Shown here one piece after another: positions 15,105 through 20,429 of a DNA stretch of 20,429 nt (position 1 is the stretch's first letter; every line of letters begins with the position of its first letter). The stretch spans positions 1 to 20,429 of the forward strand of contig JBAYPN010000013.1 in NCBI GenBank assembly GCA_041677685.1, in the 5' to 3' direction. This DNA comes from an archaeon (GTDB lineage Archaea > Iainarchaeota > Iainarchaeia > Iainarchaeales > CSSED10-239). The notes beneath the pieces were generated by a model. It was not told the DNA's origin. It was given only the letters and a program-made list of their open reading frames with translations, and did no database searches. A program made the position numbers and the translations under genes.

Positions 15105-15947
15105 CTATTTCAAATATTTTATTGCATTTATAAAAATTGCTTCTGAAAGACCAGGATTATAATTAAAATATAAAACCTTTCCTAAAAGCATTGGTTTTTC
15201 AACAATTGCAGGATAAGTCATTCCACTTCTTGCATCTACAAGATATGCAATCTCATTACCTTCAATTCCAACAGCAAAAGTTTCTGTTTGTAATAATCCA
15301 GCAGACTCTAATGCAGGAACTTTCTCAATACCATACATTATCCTATATCCACCTTGTTTACTATCAGACCTATTTGAATAAATAACACCTGACACCATTA
15401 ACTTTTGTTTACAACTAGGAATACTGTAGATTAAAGGATCACAAGTTACTGGAATTATGTCTCCAAAAGTAGCTTTCCAACCAATCACAGAAGGATCTCC
15501 TGTTCTTTCAATTCCAGAATTTAGAACAACAATTAATTTTCCACCTGCTTGAACAAAACCCTTAATTGCTTCACCAACAGTTCTAGTTATGGACTTGTCA
15601 GCACTTAAAGTTTGGTCAAGAATTATAATATCAAATGCCTTAAATGATTCTTTAGGATTATGTTGAACACTGTCTATTGTTCTAAATCTTAATTGCTTAA
15701 TTAAGTCTCTATTTCCTGCATCATTTAAAACTCTTATAAACTCTGGACTAGGAGAACCAAGCACCAAGATTGAGGTTCTTGAAGATTTAAAAATACCTTC
15801 ACTACTTGAAATTAAATTTGTTTTAAAAACAATTAAAAGTATAACCGCAACAATTATTATGATTGGGATAATACCTTCTAATTTTAATTTAGAACCAGAC
15901 TTTTTAACTGGTTCATCAGTCATGTCAAATGAATCGTCTTCTGCCAT
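15105..15947 (-). CDS. N-terminally membrane-anchored protein with a DUF1355/class-I-glutamine-amidotransferase-like extracytoplasmic domain
   Basis: 280 aa. A short acidic N-terminus is followed by the TM IIPIIIIVAVILLIVF. The pattern SILVLGSPSPEF...FDIIILDQ...GFVQAGGKLIVVLNSG...GDIIPV is reminiscent of DUF1355/ThuA-like folds. I see no Cys-His catalytic pair. Confidence 0.4.
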   Translation of the reverse strand: MAEDDSFDMTDEPVKKSGSKLKLEGIIPIIIIVAVILLIVFKTNLISSSEGIFKSSRTSILVLGSPSPEFIRVLNDAGNRDLIKQLRFRTIDSVQHNPKESFKAFDIIILDQTLSADKSITRTVGEAIKGFVQAGGKLIVVLNSGIERTGDPSVIGWKATFGDIIPVTCDPLIYSIPSCKQKLMVSGVIYSNRSDSKQGGYRIMYGIEKVPALESAGLLQTETFAVGIEGNEIAYLVDARSGMTYPAIVEKPMLLGKVLYFNYNPGLSEAIFINAIKYLK

Positions 15948-16140
15948 TTTTAAATCACACTCTTTAATTATTAATATAGTTTATAAATAAATATATTTAT
16001 AAATGTTTATATAAAGATATCGGTAAAGCTTATAGTTAAAAAATTAACCAAAGTCTATAAAAAATAATAGATTTATAAATAAGATGTAAATATCACATAT
16101 TATAGACATAAAACATATAAAAAAAGGGGGTTGAGTAAAA

Positions 16141-16308
16141 ATGGTATACTCACAAGTAAATAAAAAAAATGGAACAACATATTACTTACATAAAAAAGGA
16201 CATCTGTTCTATTTTTCAAAAGACAAAACGGATGGTATTGATTTACCAGATGGATATAAGGTTATTGAAAATTCAAGAACTGGACTTCCAATGTTGAAAA
16301 AAAAATAG
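16141..16308 (+). CDS. Unlisted 55-aa ORF (hypothetical small protein)
   Basis: Hand translation: MVYSQVNKKNGTTYYLHKKGHLFYFSKDKTDGIDLPDGYKVIENSRTGLPMLKKK*. AGGGGGT lies 8-14 nt upstream of the ATG. TTTATAAAT elements are present in the divergent spacer. Confidence 0.45.
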   Translation: MVYSQVNKKNGTTYYLHKKGHLFYFSKDKTDGIDLPDGYKVIENSRTGLPMLKKK

Positions 16309-16361
16309 AAATAAATCTTTTAAGAAAAAAAAATAAAAAATAAATAAAAGAAAAATTAAAA

Positions 16362-17618
16362 TTAAGAAATTTCTTTCTTAATTTTATTTTCTATTTCTAA
16401 AATGCGATTATACTTAACAGTTCTTTCACTTCTTGCAGGAGCTCCAAACTTTACAAAATCAGAGTTAAGACCATATGCTAGATCAGCAATAAAAGGATCT
16501 TCTGTTTCTCCAGACCTGTGGGAGACAACAACTTTCCAATTTGCTTTTTTAGCTAAATTAAAGGACTCTATTGTTTCTGACAAGGTTCCTATCTGGTTTG
16601 GCTTTAGAAGCAAAGAATTACAATATTTTTTCTTAATTGCATCTTTGATTAATTTAGGGTTTGTAACTAGTAAGTCATCGCCTATCAAACTAATCTTAGA
16701 ATTTACTTTTTTATAAAATAAGCTCCAAGCCTTTTTATCATTTTCAAAGAATGGATCTTCAATTGAGGTGATGTTATATCTTTTTATTAAATCTAAATAA
16801 TAATCTAATAACTTATTTGAATCTAGATGTTTGTTATCTACAAAATATTTTTTAGATTTTAGATCATAAAAAGAATTTGCTGCACAATCTAAACCTAGAC
16901 TTACTTCTTTTGTGTATTTATTTTTGTCAATTGCCTCTTGAATCAATTCCAATTGTTGTTCTTGTAAGGGGTTATTTATGTTTGGCACAAAGCCACCCTC
17001 ATAACCAACATTAGTAGAACTTGGTCCAAATTTTTTATTTAATATTTCTTTTAAAGTAAAGTAGATTTCTGTTGAAGCCTGCATTGTCTTTTCAAAACTT
17101 TTAAATTTTGGAATAATTTGAAATTCTTGAAAGGAAATGTTACTTCCTGAATGAAGTCCTCCATTAATTATGTTTAGTTCAGGGATTGGGAAACTAAATT
17201 TAGAATTATTATTTAATCTTGCTATGTAGTCATACAGAGACATTTCAAATTCATTTGCAGCAGCTCTTGCAACTGCTAGACTTACTGACAAGATTGCATT
17301 TGCTCCTAGCTTTGACTTGTTATTAGTACCATCTAGATCAATTAAAATTGAATCTATATTTTTTTGATCTAAAACAAATTCATTTTTTAGTCTTCTATTT
17401 ATAATTGTGTTTACATTTTTTATTGCAATTGAGACATCTTGGTTATTATAAGCTTTTTTTTTAACATCTCTTAGTTCTAGGGCTTCATTTTCTCCTGAGG
17501 AAGTGCCTGATGGAACTATTGCATAACCAACAGCATTTTTTGTATATACAAATGTCTTTATTGTAGGAATCCCTCTAGAGTCAAAAACTCTAATTGCTTT
17601 TATTTCCTTTATTTCCAA
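16362..17618 (-). CDS. eno: Enolase (phosphopyruvate hydratase)
   Basis: 418 aa. IKAIRVFDSRGIPTIK...PSGTSSGENEALELRD...LLLKPNQIGTLSETIE...VVSHRSGETEDPFIADLA. The start codon is TTG, with GAGGTG 8 nt upstream. Confidence 0.97.
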   Translation of the reverse strand: MEIKEIKAIRVFDSRGIPTIKTFVYTKNAVGYAIVPSGTSSGENEALELRDVKKKAYNNQDVSIAIKNVNTIINRRLKNEFVLDQKNIDSILIDLDGTNNKSKLGANAILSVSLAVARAAANEFEMSLYDYIARLNNNSKFSFPIPELNIINGGLHSGSNISFQEFQIIPKFKSFEKTMQASTEIYFTLKEILNKKFGPSSTNVGYEGGFVPNINNPLQEQQLELIQEAIDKNKYTKEVSLGLDCAANSFYDLKSKKYFVDNKHLDSNKLLDYYLDLIKRYNITSIEDPFFENDKKAWSLFYKKVNSKISLIGDDLLVTNPKLIKDAIKKKYCNSLLLKPNQIGTLSETIESFNLAKKANWKVVVSHRSGETEDPFIADLAYGLNSDFVKFGAPARSERTVKYNRILEIENKIKKEIS

Positions 17619-17631
17619 AAATTAACACCTC

Positions 17632-17676
17632 TTTTTTTAATTCTTTTAATTCTTTTAATTCTTTTAATTCTTTTAA
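17632..17676. repeat. 9-bp tandem repeat (ttcttttaa x4, plus one degenerate copy) between the putative enolase TATA box and its SD
   Basis: Perfect copies at 17641-17649, 17650-17658, 17659-17667 and 17668-17676. A degenerate copy lies at 17632-17640. Confidence 0.85.
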
Positions 17677-17727
17677 TCTATATAGTTTTTATATTTTTAA
17701 TTTCTGCTTATCCTCTTAATTTACTTT

Positions 17728-18378
17728 TTATTTTTTAATAATTTTAGAAAAATCAACTTTTGATAAATCTAAATCTCCAATCATTTTAGAAAATAATGTG
17801 TTTTGTGCAAAGCTATGCAATGCTGAATAATCAAAAACTCTCTTATTTAGTATTAGATCTTTAAATTCTTCTAAATTTAGGTTTATTGTTGGTAGTGTTT
17901 TTAGCTTAGAAGAGTGGGGTTTTTGGTAGTAGGATAGTGTGGATGTTAATAAGATGACATTAGATTGGGTGTATTTGGACACATAATAAGCATCATACCA
18001 AATATCATGCCCAACATACACAGTATTTTCTGAATTTAGAATTGGGTTTGATTTTAGAAAGTAAATTTTTAGATATTGATCATAATAGTTTGCATCTTTG
18101 TCTGCTTTTTCTTTTCTTAATTGTATGTCTAGTTCACCTAAAGTTGAAAGATATTTACTATCAACATAGATTATGTTTTCTTTTTTAAAAATATCAAATA
18201 AATTACTTTCTTCTAAAATAGATGTTACATATTCTTCTTTTTGCCCAGTAACTAAATAAAGGTTTACTTTTTTAATTTCACAAAATGTTTTTAATTCTTT
18301 TAAGTAACTATTATCAATAACTGTATTTATTTTATTATTAACTAAAACATCAAAAAGTCCAAAAACTAAATTTTTCAT
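17728..18378 (-). CDS. HAD-superfamily-like hydrolase with a non-canonical motif I
   Basis: VFGLFDVLVN (motif I-like, D-x-L instead of D-x-D), LYLVTGQ (motif II-like), VYVGHDIWYDAYYV (motif IV-like, DxxxD). The track start is TTG 18384. The ATG at 18378 (MKNLVFG...) is more likely. Confidence 0.4.
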   Translation of the reverse strand: MKNLVFGLFDVLVNNKINTVIDNSYLKELKTFCEIKKVNLYLVTGQKEEYVTSILEESNLFDIFKKENIIYVDSKYLSTLGELDIQLRKEKADKDANYYDQYLKIYFLKSNPILNSENTVYVGHDIWYDAYYVSKYTQSNVILLTSTLSYYQKPHSSKLKTLPTINLNLEEFKDLILNKRVFDYSALHSFAQNTLFSKMIGDLDLSKVDFSKIIKK

Positions 18379-18514
18379 AAACAATCACTCTATAAATAAA
18401 GTTAAGGCAATAAGCATAAAAAGGTAATTAATTCTTAAAAAAAGAAAATTGAATTGGAGAAAAAATTAAATTGAAAATTAATTTTAAAAAAAGAAAAAGA
18501 AGGAAGAAAAGATT

Positions 18515-20429
18515 TTAATATAGTTTTTCATTCTTATATCTTTCAAAATCACTTGTTTCTTTTTTAGAATCATTTTTAGAATCATTAGCCTTTTCAAAGT
18601 CTTTGCTATTAAATATTTTTATATTCTTTGAAGGGTTTGTTTTTTCTTGGAGATTATTGTTTTTTATGTCATCTAAAATCTGTTGCTTTCTAAGATCTTT
18701 TTCTTGAAAATACTTTTCTTGAGAATCTTTTTTATCTTTTGGTTCTTTTTTCTTTTTTGTGATTTTTAGGATCAACAAAATTATTAGGATGATGTTAATT
18801 ATTATTACACCTAGTAAGATAAAACCTAGGATCTTTTGTTTACTAGTCATTGCCTTATATTCTTGAGTTTGGCTACCAATGATTATTGTTCCTGATAATG
18901 GAGTGATGTCTAAAGAATAGATTCTATTTTCTTCTGTTGACTCTGTGTGCTTTAATCTTAATAACATCTCTTGGTCGTTAATAACATAGTATGAGATGAT
19001 GTCTTTTGGGGAAAGATTATTTTCCTCTAACCATTTCCTGCTTACAGAGAACTCTAGTTCTGTACGATTAATCTTATCTTTGTTTGTAAGGTCAATAACA
19101 AAAGTGCTGTAGACTTTATCTAAGTATTTTAGCTCTAGGTTATAATCTGTTTGCTCTGCTTTTGAAACACTGATGTTAGAGTCTAATAGATCATTTGCAA
19201 AAATATTTAGCTTAGATAAAGAAACTCCTTCTAGAGAGAATAGCACATCTGAACTGTAAGTGTTTTTATTTAAGTTTTGTAAACTATAGATCATTGTGGT
19301 TTTGTCTTGGTGGATTAATATTAAAGTTGTTTCTAAAGTTTGTTTGGTTATTGGCTCTGGAATTACAATCTCTGGAAGTAAGAATGTGTAATTGTAATTT
19401 ACAACATCACTATAGCCTAAACTTAACTTGTAACATCTTATTTTTAGATTTGTATTTTTATCTAAAAATATTGGAGTTGTAAATAGGCTTTTGTTTTTAT
19501 CAGGGGTTGTGCCATCTGTTGTGTAGTATACACTTGAACCAAGAGTCTCACAACTTAAAGTTACAGTTATTGGAGTTGTGTAATTTCCTGAAAGTACACT
19601 TGCTTGTGGAGTTGCTATAGTATAAGTTGGAGGAGGTGAACCACCACCGCCTGAGCCACCACCTGAGCCACCTCCACCTGGTGGTGAGGAGTTTAGATTA
19701 ATGGTGTAATTATAAATAGAAATATTACTATCTTTATAATCTTCTTTATAAGCAACAGCATATAGATTTTTAGAACTACTAATATTTATTGGAGAAGTGT
19801 AAAGGGTACTGTTTTTATCAGGAGAGGAATTATCAAATGAATAGTAGATGGTAGCATCAAGTGTATCTGTTGAAAGTGAAACATCTATCTTTGAGGTGTA
19901 GGTTCCTGAGTTTTTGTTAGCAACTACTTTTGCAACTTCAAAATCATAAATATTTTGTAAAATCTGTGAATTTTTATCTTTTGTAAATATCTGTGATCTA
20001 ACTAAAGTTTTTTTATTTACAGTAAAAGGACTTTCATAAAGTATTGTGCCTTCTTGAGTTGGCTTTGGGTCATTTCCATCTATAGTATAATAAATATCTC
20101 CTATTAAGTTTTCATTTGTTAGAGTAACTTTTATATCATTATTATAAACACCTGAGATTGGGCTTGCAACCGGAGGACTAATTGAGTCAGTTATGCTGTA
20201 ATTCCTTGTAACAACTGAACTTGGAGTCATACCACTCTTAAAAGCTTTAGCCTTGATGGTGGTTGTGCTTGTTAGACTAAAAGGGCCTGTGTAAAGGTTA
20301 CTCTGCTCAGTTGGAACAGAGCTATCAGTTGTGTAGTAAATCATTGCATTTGCAGTCTCACTTGTCATGCTCACACCCACTGAAGAAAAATAATTTCCTG
20401 AAGCCGGAGAGACAACAGGTGAAGAAACA
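18515..20429 (-). CDS. Large surface protein, 5'-partial: tandem chitobiase/hexosaminidase-C-like (CHB_HEX_C / Fn3-associated) repeats, G/S/P linker, PGF-pre-PGF-like domain, TM helix, charged cytoplasmic tail
   Basis: At least 4 repeats of the pattern SG.Y...i.V.L.....a.IYYT.DGs.P...S.lY..P. The frame stays open from 20380 to 20429 (..VSSPVVSPASGNYFSSVGVSMTSE..), which is the start of a repeat unit. The track M at 20380 is therefore an internal GTG. TM: ILGFILLGVIIINIILIILLILKI. Confidence 0.75.
   Translation of the reverse strand, partial: VSSPVVSPASGNYFSSVGVSMTSETANAMIYYTTDSSVPTEQSNLYTGPFSLTSTTTIKAKAFKSGMTPSSVVTRNYSITDSISPPVASPISGVYNNDIKVTLTNENLIGDIYYTIDGNDPKPTQEGTILYESPFTVNKKTLVRSQIFTKDKNSQILQNIYDFEVAKVVANKNSGTYTSKIDVSLSTDTLDATIYYSFDNSSPDKNSTLYTSPINISSSKNLYAVAYKEDYKDSNISIYNYTINLNSSPPGGGGSGGGSGGGGSPPPTYTIATPQASVLSGNYTTPITVTLSCETLGSSVYYTTDGTTPDKNKSLFTTPIFLDKNTNLKIRCYKLSLGYSDVVNYNYTFLLPEIVIPEPITKQTLETTLILIHQDKTTMIYSLQNLNKNTYSSDVLFSLEGVSLSKLNIFANDLLDSNISVSKAEQTDYNLELKYLDKVYSTFVIDLTNKDKINRTELEFSVSRKWLEENNLSPKDIISYYVINDQEMLLRLKHTESTEENRIYSLDITPLSGTIIIGSQTQEYKAMTSKQKILGFILLGVIIINIILIILLILKITKKKKEPKDKKDSQEKYFQEKDLRKQQILDDIKNNNLQEKTNPSKNIKIFNSKDFEKANDSKNDSKKETSDFERYKNEKLY

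Noticed and set aside
16362-16381. Perfect 8-bp-stem hairpin (ttaagaaa tttc tttcttaa) at the convergent junction of the 55-aa ORF and enolase
   Set aside because: It overlaps the last enolase codons and is all A/T except for one G-C pair. Archaeal termination mainly uses oligo-T tracts, and such palindromes arise easily in AT-rich DNA. It is not strong enough to call a terminator.
17632-17676. Possible CRISPR array or other repeat-spacer structure
   Set aside because: The units are only 9 bp, directly abutting with no spacers, and there are no cas genes in the window. It is a simple tandem repeat.
19628-19690. Locally GC-rich patch that might be a structured RNA gene
   Set aside because: It reads in-frame on the minus strand as SSPPGGGGSGGGSGGGGSPPP within the long surface-protein ORF. 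Gly/Pro codons explain the GC content.
1-20429. Scan for tRNA, rRNA, C/D-box sRNA, transposase, integrase, reverse transcriptase (DGR) or toxin-antitoxin pairs
   Set aside because: No intergenic region shows the GC-rich stem pattern expected of tRNA or rRNA in an AT-rich archaeon. I saw no RUGAUGA...CUGA box pairs and no ORF with recombinase or RT motifs. Detecting TR/VR-type near-repeats would need a computational self-alignment, which I could not do exhaustively.

Overview
Strongly AT-rich, tightly packed archaeal DNA. The ribosomal proteins are archaeal/eukaryal types (S8e, acidic stalk P1, P0, Cgi121). There are TTTATAAA-type TATA boxes, GGAGGTG Shine-Dalgarno sites and ATGA-type overlaps between adjacent genes. 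My inference is a small-genome, DPANN-like archaeon, but this cannot be proven from one window. 23 of the 26 genes I call are on the minus strand.

Content, left to right:
1. The core r-protein operon L3-L4-L23-L2-S19-L22-S3 (minus strand, 4458 down to 1). S3 runs off the window through a repetitive charged tail.
2. A cell-surface block at 4757-8917: an 881-aa Cys-module, sequon-rich surface protein; an extremely tyrosine-rich 122-aa secreted protein; a divergent coiled-coil protein; and a 181-aa minimal exosortase/archaeosortase-like membrane protein that directly follows rps8e.
3. S8e and a divergent Cgi121-like gene.
4. A co-directional run of small basic ORF, Hef-type SF2 helicase, DUF5680-like gene and ERCC4/XPF nuclease, which amounts to a split Hef with an inserted gene.
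5. The L1-P0-P1 stalk operon, with a conspicuously short P0 and no L11 gene upstream.
6. A membrane-anchored DUF1355-like protein, an unlisted 55-aa ORF, enolase, and a HAD-like protein.
7. A second large surface protein (chitobiase-C-like repeats, Gly/Ser/Pro linker, PGF-pre-PGF-like domain, TM, long charged tail) that continues past the right edge.

I found no tRNA, rRNA, CRISPR array, transposase or integrase. The most interesting candidates are the surface-display module with its mini archaeosortase and Tyr-rich protein, and the split Hef operon.
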